Of a stretch of 64,000 nt of DNA, positions 1 through 12,459 are shown one piece after another. The stretch is from Azolla caroliniana. Lineage: Eukaryota; Plantae; Polypodiophyta. The DNA is taken from NCBI GenBank assembly GCA_043228905.1, contig JBHGNT010000017.1, forward strand, positions 1,178,001 through 1,242,000. Reading direction: 5' to 3'. The notes under the pieces are model-generated. The model did no database searches and was not told the DNA's origin. It was given only the letters and a program-made list of their open reading frames with translations. A program made the translations under genes and the position numbers. Each line of letters opens with the position of its first letter. Positions within the stretch are counted from its first letter, which is position 1.

Positions 1-1427
1 CCCTCTTCCTCGATGAAGCACCCGAGGTGCGTAAACTGCACCTGCATCCCTTGGTCGACGATCTGTCTGACCGACACTAGGTTCTTCGTGATTGTCGGAA
101 CGTGTAATACGTTCATAAGCTTCCCTTTCTGTCTGACGTGGCTCAAAGTGACTTCTCCGACGTGCACGATTGGATGAGGAGTGTCGTCTCCGGTTTCGAC
201 TACTCTTGGTTGATCCGGTTTCTCCAAAAAGGAGAATCACTCTTTGTGGCTCGTCATGTGGTTCGATGCACCGGAATCCACATACCACACTTCCTCTGAT
301 TTGGAAGTGGTCTTCTTCATCGAGTTCGCCTCGTGCTTCATCACCAAGGCTGGCCCGTTACCGTTCTTGGATCCTCCCGATCCCTTCGCGTAGTGTGAGC
401 CTTGCCGACCATCTTTGCCGGCCTTGCCGGATCCGGATTTGTCCGAATCGGCGCGTTTTCTCTAGCACTCGCTTTCTCTGTGGCCCTTTTGCCACAGTAC
501 CAGCATTTCGTTGCAGTCTTCTCTTGCCGTCTTCCGGTGCCGCCATGACTCCCCCTACTCCCAGAGGGTCCGGAATTGTTGTTGACACGTTCTCTGTGCC
601 TTTGTTCCTGGTCTTGCTGGCCGCCTCCATTGCGTGCTGACTTGCCTCGTCCACCATGCCCACGGGACCGATCTGCTTCCATGTACAACATCCGGTTGTC
701 AATGGGTGCGCTAGTTGACGCACCGGCGTGGTTCTCCTCTACAAGGAGCATCGATTGTAAGTCGAAAAATGACGGTGTATTCTCCCTTGTACATACCGCT
801 GTTCGGAACGCTCTGAACTTAGACGCAGGCCCCTAAGACAGACCTGTACCATCTCGTCTTCCTCTACGGTAACGTTGATAGAGGGAGCGAGCTAGCCATT
901 CCTCTATCCATCACTTCTTTGTCTGCTGTTCTTACGACCTGTTAGGGTTTGCTTTCAAGCGTTTGTCAGCTGTAGAGGTTCTCAATCCTCACACTCTTAT
1001 ACCATGAAAATGATTACTTGTGGAAGCGTTAGAAAACAGAGAAATCAGAGAAATCAGAGAATACACAGAGTACAAGGGAGAGACAGAGAGAGCAGAACAT
1101 AAAAGCTATATTCAAAACAATATAAACACTCTGTACATACAACTATGCTCAATAGCACTATTTATACAAGTTCTCGTGGGACTGACAAAAGTACCGCGTA
1201 CTTCAATGCTCACACGAGCATCTGACACTTACTACGAGACTATAACTGCCTAGTAGTCTAAACTAATACTAGGCTTTCGGTTACCGATTGGATCCGGCTA
1301 ACCGGCTCCCCAGCTCACCGGCTTTGTTGCTTGCCGGCTCGGTTGCTCACCGGCTTACCGATCCGTCTTGCTCACGGGCTCAGGCTTATCCAGCCGATCC
1401 GGCTCCAGTTGAGCTTGCCGCTCAACA
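1..1427 (-). mobile_element. Ty1/copia element C1, 5' portion (LTR, PBS, internally deleted gag, protease); continues beyond the left edge
   Basis: LTR 1005-1427 homologous to the LTR at 50610; PBS TGGTATAAGAGT at 993-1004 (-); gag knuckle CWYCGK in ORF 341..751; protease WYVDSGASNHM motif near 250-290 (-). Confidence 0.9.
1005..1427 (-). repeat. 5' LTR of copia C1
   Basis: On - strand begins TGTTGAGCGGCAAGCTCAAC (same start as 50610) and ends TTTTCA directly before the PBS. Confidence 0.9.
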
Positions 1428-2299
1428 CTCTTGAAGACATTCATCTTTTCGTACCAAGATATTAAAATAATATAAAATAATATCTTTACTATTATTGTTT
1501 CATATTGTGTGTGAAGAACCACACTCGATTCTATACATTTCATGCAATTTTCACACCGTTGCCGAAAATCTTCACGACATCCACCCCCACCAAACCACAT
1601 GTCCTTCGGTACGTGCCAAGAAGAGAGAGTGTGAGATTTCAACTACGGTGATTAATCAAATTCCTCCATGTCCTCGTTCACATCACTCAAGTCTATAGGT
1701 TCAATCCTACTATCTTCATCGTCAAGGTGATCGAGGTCAGGATCCTCATCTTGTCTTTTCTTGAAAATCTTTACTCTTTTTCCTATAATGGGTATGGCCA
1801 ACCTTGATCCATCTAGCTCCGCAAGGTCGTATATGGCATTGTCGTTGGTACTTGTCACCACATATGGTCTAAACCATCTTCTTGTGAACTTTCTTGTTGT
1901 CCTGTGTTGATTGTCAAGGCTGCTATCCTAGACCAATACCCAATTTCCTTCTTTGATCTTCTTGGGACACAGTCGATGTGTCTTATCGAATCGAATCTTG
2001 TTCTTCACTCCGGCTACCTCCATCATCTTTCACGCTTTTTCTAGATCTTCAGGCCTTCTTTCAAGCTATCTTATTCGTGCCGCTAATAATTCTTCTCGGC
2101 TCATCTTGTTCTCCCATGGTATCGCTACCCATGAGGCGATCGCCATTTCGATGGGCATTATCGGCTTTTGTCCATACATAAGCTCTGTTGGCATATACCT
2201 TGTCACTAAACTGTGTGTAGTTCTGTTGACCCACAAGGCATAGGGCAATAGTCTTGGTCAGTTCTCGACTCGACCGTTGCATGCTCTTACGATGGCTTT

Positions 2300-2734
2300 T
2301 GTTACCGGCCGATAAAGTAGTCCAGAGTGTGAAACGGAGGAGTTATTTAATTATTAAGGAATGGTTGTAAGTAAGCTATTAGTGTGGACGGACGGACCGG
2401 AATCGGTATGCCGTTCTGGATCCGGACCGATCCCGAACAGGTGCGGATGGCACTGTTTTGTACTACAAACCGGAAACCTATTTAAAGGCCCGGATACAAT
2501 GTAATGAGCAACGGATAATTAATGAAGCTTAGTGTTTTTATCTCTCTGTGTTAATTGCCGTTCTGCATTCATTGTTATATCTTACGCGTGTGATTATTAA
2601 GGACGATCTTGCTAAGTAACCTAATTAAGTCGGATTAATCGTTGAGCCTAATCCTCTTGCCGTAACACCCCTTTGGTGAAGTGTCTTCCGTAGACACCCT
2701 ATGTTAGGCCATTGTCCGACCCTAAGAGTTAACA
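2300..2734 (+). repeat. 5' LTR of element A (435 bp)
   Basis: Direct repeat of 12045-12454, which lacks a 25-bp segment and has several transitions. Confidence 0.95.
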
Positions 2735-2741
2735 CAGTTTT

Positions 2742-2750
2742 TGGCGACCA
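2742..2750 (+). promoter_or_regulatory. PBS of element A, TGGCGACCA (tRNA-Arg(UCG)-like)
   Basis: 7 nt after the LTR in an Athila/Tat-like TTTTTGGCG context; same motif at 31084 in element B; tRNA identity from recall. Confidence 0.65.
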
Positions 2751-2787
2751 TGATTCCTGTTTTTGCAGCGAACGACGACATGAATGG

Positions 2788-5700
2788 ATGACTAGATCAA
2801 CGCACGACCTGGTTACAGATCGAACTCGACGCCTTGCCGAAAGGCAAAGGAGACGTGAGGCTTTCCAGCAAGCGGCGTAGGAAATTACAGTGGATCGCTC
2901 GTTTTCCAACGTAATCCGGAGAGTAGCGGAGGAGTCCCTCTGGTTACAGCAAACATCGCACCCGGACGACGACAACAACCTAATAAGCCTCTAGGAAACT
3001 GAATCCCTTCTCCAGGCGTTGGCAAGCGGAGAAGGCGAAGCAGAAGCCTTTTCAGCGTATGAATCAGATTCTGAAGGGGATACAACGTGCACACGAACTA
3101 CCGTAGCAGCAACGACACCCCGGGCGGACCGGAGGACGAAGGATCGGACACCTTACCGACACTGGAACCGGAAGTGCTAAGGCTGGAACCTTCGGAACCA
3201 GAAGCAGAGGAAGAGCGACCTCCGACACTGGAAGTCGAGGAGGAGAGGCCTCTGTCACCAAAAGAAGAGGAAAGACCACCGACGCCGGAGAAAAACCAGG
3301 AACGACCGTCAACACCATCGGCCCGCGCACCGATACCGGACGACGACATGCCATTCCAGTACTCCAAGTATAGAGATGATCCGGACGCGGAAGCTCATGT
3401 TCACACCTTTGAACAGACATGGGAAGCAAACCATGTGTCCCAGCGATTGACCCCGGAGGAAGAGGAACGCTCTAAGATAGCGGAATTTGGCGTCACATTG
3501 GAAGAACCGACAGCAAGATGGCGCCGGACGCAGGACCCGTCTACCATCACCACCTTCATAGATTTAAAAGCTAAATTCTTGCATTTTTTTCAAAAGGAGG
3601 TGGACCAGACAGTAATGGTGGGCTTGTTTTATACCATCCGATAGGAGGCAGGGGAGAGCATTCCCTAGTTTGTCATCCGGTTTCAACGGATGCATAGTCA
3701 GCTTGCCCGCGCACCCCCGGAGGAGGAATTACGGACTATATTCCTAAATGCGCTCCGGGAACCCCTACGCACGGTTTGCATGGTAATTGACTTCCGCGCA
3801 AGTACCATCGACCAGGTCATTGACCGGGTGAGAGAGATGGAAAAGACAAGCTCTTGGCTCACACTGGGAGCACTCCAACGGGCGTTACCGTTCGATGAAG
3901 ACCTCCGGTTTCGGCAAGCAATACAATGCACAACCTGCTTGAATTCCGGACACTCGGCACTAGAATGCACTATGAGGACGCAATGTGTAATCTGTCAATC
4001 CAAGGGCCATACGACGGATAGGTGCGAGTATAATCTATTGAACCGGCAAGCACCGCCCGTCTGACAAATAGAGCCATGTAGCAGCCAGGATGAAGAAGAG
4101 GAACGCTAGCGGCAAATGGACTGATACCGACCGGCACATGATGTCTGGTATGGCGATCGACGGGAGAATGAAGTCCGGTACGGTGAGTGGCGGGATAACT
4201 ACGACCGGTACGATAGAGATGATCGGTACCGGGATTACAATAGACGATACGAACATTACGACCGGGAGCACTCCCCCGGGTATCGTCAGCAACCGGAGGA
4301 ATACAACAGATATAATGACCAACCTCGTCAAGAGTACCGCAATAAGAAGAACTATAACAAAAAACGGCATTTCAAAAAAGGCGGCCACCCACGGGATCCG
4401 GAACAAGGAGCTTCAAGCAGCCAATCGGCCCAAAACCCCACGCTTACCACGGGACCTGCCTCGGGTACTACAGACAATGCCAAATCCAGCAATACCCGGA
4501 AAGCCTAGTGCTACTACTGCCGACAGGAAGGCCATTATTGTAATCAATGCCCGGCGAAGAGCTATGACAAACGACCGACAGTAAATATGGTAGTTCCTGA
4601 AGTGGCAGATCTGCAGCAGGTGACCACAAGGTCGAAGGGCATGGCCAAGGAATGGGAGACGCAGGAGACCATCCGGAAGCAAGCGACGGAATGGGTGAAG
4701 AAAGCAAACGAGCAAAACGTAACCGACTTAGAGCGGCAAAAGGAGAACACCGTAGGGCTTGCCAGCAGCAGTCACTCTGAGAACGAGATATGGCAGGCGT
4801 TGCAAGAATGCCAGATTACGCTGCCACTAGGAAGACTCCTACAACTCGTGTCGAGATTCACGGAAGGACTGAAGACAACCATGACGGAAGGAGAATCATC
4901 ACCATCACCGATACTCTTCTCGAATCCGGAGGAGGGACCAACGGTGGTGGACACCAACAGTCCAGTAATTACTGCCATTGTAAAAGGGAAAGAACTCCCC
5001 GGCACAGTAATAGACGGAGGCTCCGGTGTGAATGTAATAAGCCTCCAGACGTGTGATGCCCTGGGAATCCACGAGTGGGAGCCGTGTCCGTTCTGGTTAC
5101 GGATGGCCGATACAAGCTCAGCGCGGCCGACAGGATTTATACGAAAAGTAGAAGTCACCATTGGCGGTCATACATTTCACATCTCGGCAGTAGTGCTACA
5201 ATTACAGGCACAAGGCGTGTACCCGCTATTGCTGGGGTAGCCGTGGTTGAAAACGGCACATATCAAACAGAATTGGAGGAAAAATATAATTACCTTCCGG
5301 CGAGGAAAACCCAAGGTACGTGTACCAACACAACCAAGGACGAGCACTGGCAAGGAGTGTACACCGTTGTATGCAAAGTGCGTCAACATGCTAGAAGGGT
5401 TAGCTGACGAAGAAGAAGCTCAGTACTTGCAGGAAAACCCGAAGATCGTACCCCTCTTCGAAATTGACATTGCCGAAGCAGTAGCACCATACTTACCACA
5501 GCCGGAAGAGACTGAAGCAGAACCAGATAAGGACGCAATCCGAGATTTACGGCAAGCGCAGGAAGCGTTGGAACGGGAAATGGCCGTTTCATAGCGCGTA
5601 AAAGCGTCGCAACTTGAAGAGGTGAACCTAGGGACCACAGACGAAGCAAAACCGGTGCACATCGCCAAGGAGATGAAGTCCGAAGACAAAACGGCGATGA

Positions 5701-8613
5701 TCACACTTCTCACGGAATTTCGCAACGTGTTTGCCTGGTCATACGAAGACATGCGAGGGCTCGACCCTCAGTTATACCAGCAGCAGATTCACTTGAGCAA
5801 GGACGCAAAACCAGTGGCACAAAGACGGTACCGGATGAATCCCAATTATGCCGCCAAAGTCAAGGAGGAAATCGACAAACTGCTAAGAGTTGGCTTTATC
5901 CGTCCGGTAAAGAAAGCGACATGGCAGAGCCCGATCGTAGTCGTACCGAAGAAGAACGGAAAAATTCGAGTTTGTGTGGACTACCGGAAACTCAATGCGG
6001 CTACGGTAACGGATGCGTTTCCACTTCCGTTCACAGATGGAGTGTTGGATGCCGTCGCCGGCCATGAGGTCTATAGCTTTCTAGACGGATTCAACGGGTA
6101 TAATCAGATCCGGATGCACCCCGACGACCAAGAGAAAACGACTTTCGTCACCGAATGGGGGGTGTTTGTGGCCGTGGTGATGATGTTCGGCCTCAAAACG
6201 GCACCGACAACATTCCAACGAATCATCATGAAAATCTTTGGTGAATATATCCCGGCTCTTATGCAGGTTTTCCTTGATGATTTCGCCATCTATAGCCGGG
6301 AAGAGGATCATTTGCAGCACCTCCGTCTTTGTCTAGGAAAGTGTAGAGCGTACCGGCTAAGCTTGAATCCGGCGAAGTGTGTATTTGGCGTGTCCAGTGG
6401 AACCCTACTAGGCCATATTGTGAGCAAGGAAGGCATTGCAGTCGACCCAGATAAAGTGAAAGCCATATTAGAAGCACTGGCGCCGGCAACGACAAAGGCA
6501 TTGAGCCGGTTCTTAGGATTGATCCGGTGGCACAGCCGGATGCTCCGATACTTGGCCGACCTGGCTACACCGTTGCATGCTGTTGTACATCGAACACCAT
6601 TCCAGTGGATCGACACCGAGGATAGTGCGTATAGGGCCCTCAAGGTACTATTGTCGCAAGCACCGGTAGTGCAGCCTCCGGATTGGAGTAAAGAATTTCA
6701 TGTGTTCGTGAACGCCTCCGACATCGCAATCGGAAGCGCACTGATGCAACTTACGGAGCCAAAGTGGTACCGGCCAGTGTACTATGCCAGCTGAAAGCTA
6801 TCCCAAGCGGAACAGAACTACTCTACCACGGAACGGGAAGCTCTAGGGATGATCTACAGTGTGACAAAGTTTCATCATTATTTATTGGGAAGGAAATTTT
6901 CCTTCCATGTAGATCATTCGACACTCCTCTACCTGGTGTCCAAGGCGTCACTCACCGGTAAGTTGGCCTGGTGGACCTTACTATTACAGGAATTCAAGTT
7001 CGAAATATTCCACCGACCCGGTATACAGCATGCCGTAGCGGATTATTTAAGCCGACTAGAGTCCGGAGAGACGGGCGACGGAGTAGCGGACGAGTTTCCG
7101 GATGCGGAGTTGTTTCGAGTCACTATGGAAACGACAACAGATGAAACGGTGGCACAGGAAGACAAGTGGCTCACAAATATGCACCAGTTTCTGAGCACAG
7201 GACTGCCTCCGGAGGAGATGAACCGGGACGAAAGGAAACGCCTGGCGATGCAAAGCCGACATTTCTGATTACTGCGAGACACACTTTACGACAAGGGCGC
7301 GAACGACATATGGAGACGGGCTATGCGCAACGATGAAAAGGACCTCATACTGAGGGAAGCCCACTGCGGAGTTTTCGGAGGTCATTATGCCGGAGATGCG
7401 ACGACCAGGAAAATATGGCAAAGTGGCCTATGGTGGCCAACTACATTAAGAGATGTTGTACGGTACGCAAAAAAATGTGACCTATGCCAGCAAATGGGCC
7501 AGCCAACGGAGCAGGCTCGGATGCCACACCAGCCTGTACTACCACTCGAACCATTCCAGAAGTGGGGGGGCTGGACTTTGTTGGACCGTTCAAACCACCG
7601 GCAATGAGAACAGGTAATCGGTACGTCATCGTCGGGACGAATTACTGCACGAAATGGGTGGAGGCCAAAGCCTTAAGAGACAACACCGCTACGTCAACGA
7701 CCAAATTTCTATACGAATACATCTGGTGCCGTTATGGATGGTTTAGGGTTTAGGGTTAATAAGCGACCAAGGGGGGCACTTTCTCGGCCAAGTAGTTGAA
7801 AGCCTGACGACATTCTATGCCGTTGTCCATAAACGGAGCACACCGTACTATCCGCAAGCAAACGGGTTAGCTGAGTCGACGAACAAAACGCTCCAGAATA
7901 TCCTCTGGAAGATCGTCGACGAAAACCAAACGGATTGGGATACCAAGCTACATAGCGCGCTTTGGGCATACCGGACAACATACAAAACGAGCATTCGAAC
8001 AACACCATTCCGATTAGCGTTCGGACTAGAGGCGGTCATGCCGGTGGAATTCCAAGTACCAAGCTTACGGATCCAGCTACGGGAACGGCTGAACGAGAAG
8101 GAGTCGGAGGCAATACGGTTAACAACACAGTGTGAACTCGAGGAACAATGACTGGCAAGCATCCTGCACTTAGAATTGGAACAACGGCGACGGAAAGCAT
8201 TTGTTGACCGGCACAGGAAAGGAAATGAAAAAATGTTCGAAATCGGCAAGCCGGTGTTAGTATTTCAGACCCGGATGGGCAAGATGTCAGGTAAACTACG
8301 GTTTAGATGGACCGACCCGTATTGGCTGACACGTGAGTATAATGGGTCCTACCAGTTAGGGACACTTGCCGGCGAAGTGCTAGGCAAATGGGTCAACGGA
8401 TTCAGATTGAAGCCATATAGAGGACCGATGCCCAAGAACCCATTTGAGCAAAGGACCGACACCGGATTGGGAACCGGTGCGGAAACGGCAACCATTGAGG
8501 GAAACGGCAACCACCAAGACGGAGGAGACGGCAAGCCGGTAACTGGGGAGAATGAGGCGACGACAAACCGTAATGAGGCCGTTAAGGGTCCAATAGGACC
8601 AACAGACAAGTAA
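2788..8613 (+). pseudogene. Element A gag-pol (three CCHC knuckles, protease IDGGSGVN, RT FLDD, RNase H, integrase)
   Basis: ORF fragments 3087..3644, 3690..4064, 4587..5240, 5622..6794, 6849..7268, 7323..7607 and 8176..8613, broken by point stops and frameshifts. Confidence 0.92.
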
Positions 8614-9458
8614 CCTCACACTACATTAAAAAAGAAAAGAAAAAGAAAAGCGAAGTAATCATGCAAAAGCGAGGTATGAACGAACGAGAGAGCGAGGAGC
8701 GAAAAGGTATGTAGTGGGCATTTAAGCGCCGCCACAGGACATAATGCTATTTTAGTACACGACGTGCACACGCTCGAAAAAGGCGCCAGAATGCACAGAG
8801 AAAAACCATAGCGCATGGAGACCTTATACTTTCGCGAACCTAGGAGCACAGAAGCACCAAGGCGTTGGAAGATCATCAGACGAGAACCTATGCACAGAGA
8901 ACCCCCGCTTTCTGAACTCTCTCTCTCTCTCACTCTCACTCTCATCACCATCCAACCTCACCACTACAATCCGACCTCGACAAAGACATGGACCCACGAA
9001 CGCTGTCGGAAGCCGCCAAGAAATGGCTAAAGCAACAGGGGCTCGAGGGCTTCTTGACGATTATGGAGGCACCGCCACACAAAGAAGCCGACAAGGTGAT
9101 CAAAGAAATCGACACAGAGGTCATAACGGAGGAGGCGATCCGTGCGTTAACAGGCCTTTCGGAGGGAGGCATATTCACGATTGACAATCCGACCTCGGTG
9201 CAACTCATCAAGTATTTTGGTGAGTACTCCCTAGCCAGCAAGGGCTACCGGACACAGGGCGGCGGAGATATGTTGTTCCGCGAGGTTGCCCATGTGCTCC
9301 ACGAATATGACCATGTGTACCCTAGACCCCCTATCATGCCGCAAAACCGGGCAGGGATGATCATCGCCACCTATGAAGGGATCAAGGTGGATTGGCCGGT
9401 ATTGATCGCAGACGGTTTGTGTGCGGCGATCGAGATCGTCAGAGGAAAAGACGACAAA

Positions 9459-9779
9459 GAAGGCCGAGACGGACGGAGGGTATGGCATGCAGTAACCCCG
9501 TCCAACCCAAGAAGCGGGGAAGAGTGGCGGACGGCACCCCAAGGACTGCTTCCAAAAGACAATAGTTGTTGGCCTCTAAGGCCACTAAGGGGAAGGCAGC
9601 GGATGCAGAACAGGCGGGAAGGCCGAGACGGACGGAGGGTATGGCATGCAGTAACCCTGTCCAACCCAAGAACCGGGGAAGAGTGGCGGACGGCACCCCA
9701 AGGACTGCTTCCAAAAGACAATAGTTGTTGGCCTCTAAGGCCACTAAGGGGAAGGCGGCGGATGCAGAACAGGCGGGAA
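9459..9779 (+). repeat. 159-bp tandem duplication (2 copies)
   Basis: GGCCGAGACGGACGG begins at 9462 and 9621; duplicated peptide visible in ORF 8988..9842. Confidence 0.9.
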
Positions 9780-11832
9780 AGGAGAGTGCCAGCCGGAAGC
9801 GGCCAACGGATGCGCAGGAGGAACCACCGGTATGGCCCGTAAAGATTACACTCCGCCGACCGGTGAATAGAGAAGCGGACCCCTTGGCGGCGAAACTCAA
9901 TGCCGGGACTTAGGAAGAGGAAATAGAGGAGGAGCCTACGGAGCACCTCCAGCGACGGTCGTCGGCAAGGACCGTTGAGGCAGTCGGGAAACGTTCGGAC
10001 CCTCAGACGGAGGGAACACCGGCTCCCCATACTGAGACTCCCACGCCAAGGGGGGAACTGGAACCGGTGCGCATGGCACCGAAATCAGAAGCCCCTGCAC
10101 CATCGACAACACCGGCAAGTCCCGTTCCACTAGAGCTGGAAAGGTCAATGCAGCCTCCCTCGGCCAACCAAGAAGATGCGCAAGGGGAACCAGGACAACA
10201 TGGTGGTCCACGAGCAAAAACGGAATTGCAACTCGGCGCAATCAGGCGGGACCACCCACCCACAAGCGAGCCCATCCGTCAAACCTCCGTGCAAGCGCAA
10301 CAACAATGCACCGGTAGCCTGTGGCTCCGGTGGATAGGCGAACATATTGCCGGAGCAATGCGGTATATTGAGGCGAAAGAAAGAGCGCAAAGCGAACGGT
10401 TGCTCGTCACAACCGAACAACTAGAGACGGCCCGGTCCAGAATCCGGTGCCTTGAAAAAGACTTGGATCAGGTCACGGCAGAAATGGCCAAAATGGCCTT
10501 AATGGCAACATAGATCCAAGCACCGGTGACTCCGGTAAGTGTACAAAATAAAGAAACAGACCAACCTGTACATACTAATAAGACCCCGGCAACGGAAACC
10601 GTTCCAGAGAGAGATGCGGCGCAAGCCCAGGAGCTTGCGGAATTGAGAGATGAACTTGCCGCACAAGAAGCGCTAAGGAGCCGTGAACGGGAATTGAAGA
10701 CAGCGGCTGAAGCAGAATTAAAGAAGACTGCTGAGAACCTCCACCGGGTAGAGGAGAGCCTCCGGAAAGGCCATCAAGTGTACAACCGGCTAAGGGAGGA
10801 AAAAGACAAAGTGCTGCAGGAAAAGGACAAGCTGCGGAAGATGGCGGAAACGGAAATTGAATGGCTAAAGGAGGAGCTCCGCCAGCAGAAGGACCGCGAG
10901 GACTGGGCCCGTCGACAGATCAACGTACGGCTCAAGCAAAAGACAGATGATTTTGAGCACCTACACCGGGACTACAAACGGCTGGAAACGGAGCATAAGG
11001 AACGGATGGCCGAGCTCCAGTAGGAAGTTGATCAGGCCGCGACGACGCTCATCGACGAATGAGCGGAAAATACAAGACGGTTGGACGAGGCGTAGAAGGT
11101 CCGAATGGAGCTCCAAAGGCAGCAACAGGAAGAAAGGGAGAGAGCGTCAACGGTATTGCAAAAATTACAAAGCACATATCAAGGGCAATTGACGCATTAC
11201 AAGGAGCAGGCGGAAGACAACGTCAAAATCATCAAGCAATTGAAGGAGGAACGGCAAGCTACGGAGATCAAATCACAGATGGGAACGGGCCGAATTCAGT
11301 GCATCCTCTGGGCATGGCTGAATTAGACAAAACGTTTGATTGACGAAAGCTCTGTAAGATGGTGGACAAAGTGGGCACAAAATACGGCGGAACTCCAATT
11401 GCTACGGGCAGACGTGGAAAACCGGCGGAAGGAAGGAGATGATTGTTACACGTTGACTTCCGAGGACTTCACCGCCATACGGGACGAGCTGGCCGAAGAC
11501 TTCCAAGTCCTGGCGGATGAACAACTGGTGCAGGTCCGACAACTCGTAGCTCAGCTAGACGATGATAGGCTGGACGCTCAAATCCAGTTTGAGAGCTACG
11601 AGCGGTCCCGGGTTAGGGAAGAAAAAGCACGGGAAGCGGCAACGGTTAACCTTAGTGATGAGGAACCGTTGCCGGACGAGGGCCAGGCCGGAACCAGTCA
11701 ACCGGAGACCACTACGACGGAAACGCCAGTGTCAGAGAAACAAATGGAGGAGCAGCCGCAGCAGCCGCAACAGCCACCAACGGACCAGTTGCAGCAGCCA
11801 TCAACGGAGCAGCAACAGCAGCAGTAGCAACC

Positions 11833-11833
<1 letters not shown>

Positions 11834-11923
<90 letters not shown>
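11834..11923 (+). repeat. (CAA)30 microsatellite
   Basis: Read directly; polyQ in the frame of the extra ORF. Confidence 0.95.
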
Positions 11924-12025
11924 CCAATTCCAGATGAACCATTGGAGACTCTCGAACAAAGCATTCTGGATATTTTGGATGAAGAATAGCAAGGGTCGGA
12001 TGGTGGATTCGATGTACAAGGTATT

Positions 12026-12042
12026 GTCCCACGGGCGTGCCA
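12026..12042 (-). promoter_or_regulatory. Inverted PBS-like site TGGCACGCCCGTGGGAC (tRNA-Arg(UCU)-like) at the PPT position
   Basis: 2 nt inside the 3' LTR boundary; no purine tract there; 16 nt identical at 33224-33239. Confidence 0.7.
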
Positions 12043-12044
12043 TG

Positions 12045-12454
12045 TGTTACCGGCCGATAAAGTAGTCCAGAGTGTGAAACGGAGGAGTTATTTAATTATT
12101 AAGGAATGGTTGTAAGTAAGCTATTAGTGTGGACGGATGGACCGGAATCGGTATGCCATTCCGGATCCGGACTGATCTTGAACAGGTGCGGATGGCACCG
12201 TTTAAAGGCCCGGATACAATGTAATGAGCAACGGATAATTAATGAAGCTTAGTGTTTTTATCTCTCTGTGTTAATTGCCGTTCTGCATTCATTGTTATAT
12301 CTTACGCGTGTGATTATTAAGGACGATCTTGCTAAGTAACCTAATTAAGTCAGATTAATCGTTGAGCCTAATCCTCTTGCCGTAACACCCCTTTGGTGAA
12401 ATGTCTTCCATAGACACCCTGTGTTAGGCCATTGCCCGGCCCTAAGAGTTAACA
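12045..12454 (+). repeat. 3' LTR of element A (410 bp)
   Basis: Direct repeat of 2300-2734, followed by TSD GCTTT. Confidence 0.95.
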
Positions 12455-12459
12455 GCTTT

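Larger units (their letters stand above)
8988..11989 (+). pseudogene. Extra 3' ORF of element A (globular N-terminus, long coiled coil, polyQ tail)
   Basis: Sense ORF pieces 8988..9842, 10067..10513, 10526..11023, 11105..11326 and 11336..11827 between pol and the 3' LTR; the last four share one frame; final stop 11987-11989. Confidence 0.75.
2300..12454 (+). mobile_element. Full-length non-chromovirus Ty3/gypsy element A (Athila/Tat/Phygy-like) with extra 3' ORF; decayed
   Basis: LTRs 2300-2734 and 12045-12454 (TGTTA...TAACA); perfect 5-bp TSD GCTTT at 2295-2299 and 12455-12459; order gag-PR-RT-RH-IN. Confidence 0.95.

Noticed and set aside
8988-11989. Retroviral envelope gene
   Set aside because: No signal peptide or transmembrane helix is evident.
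11562-12065. PolyN, polyC, polyV and polyL ORFs
   Set aside because: Alternative frames of the (CAA)30 microsatellite.
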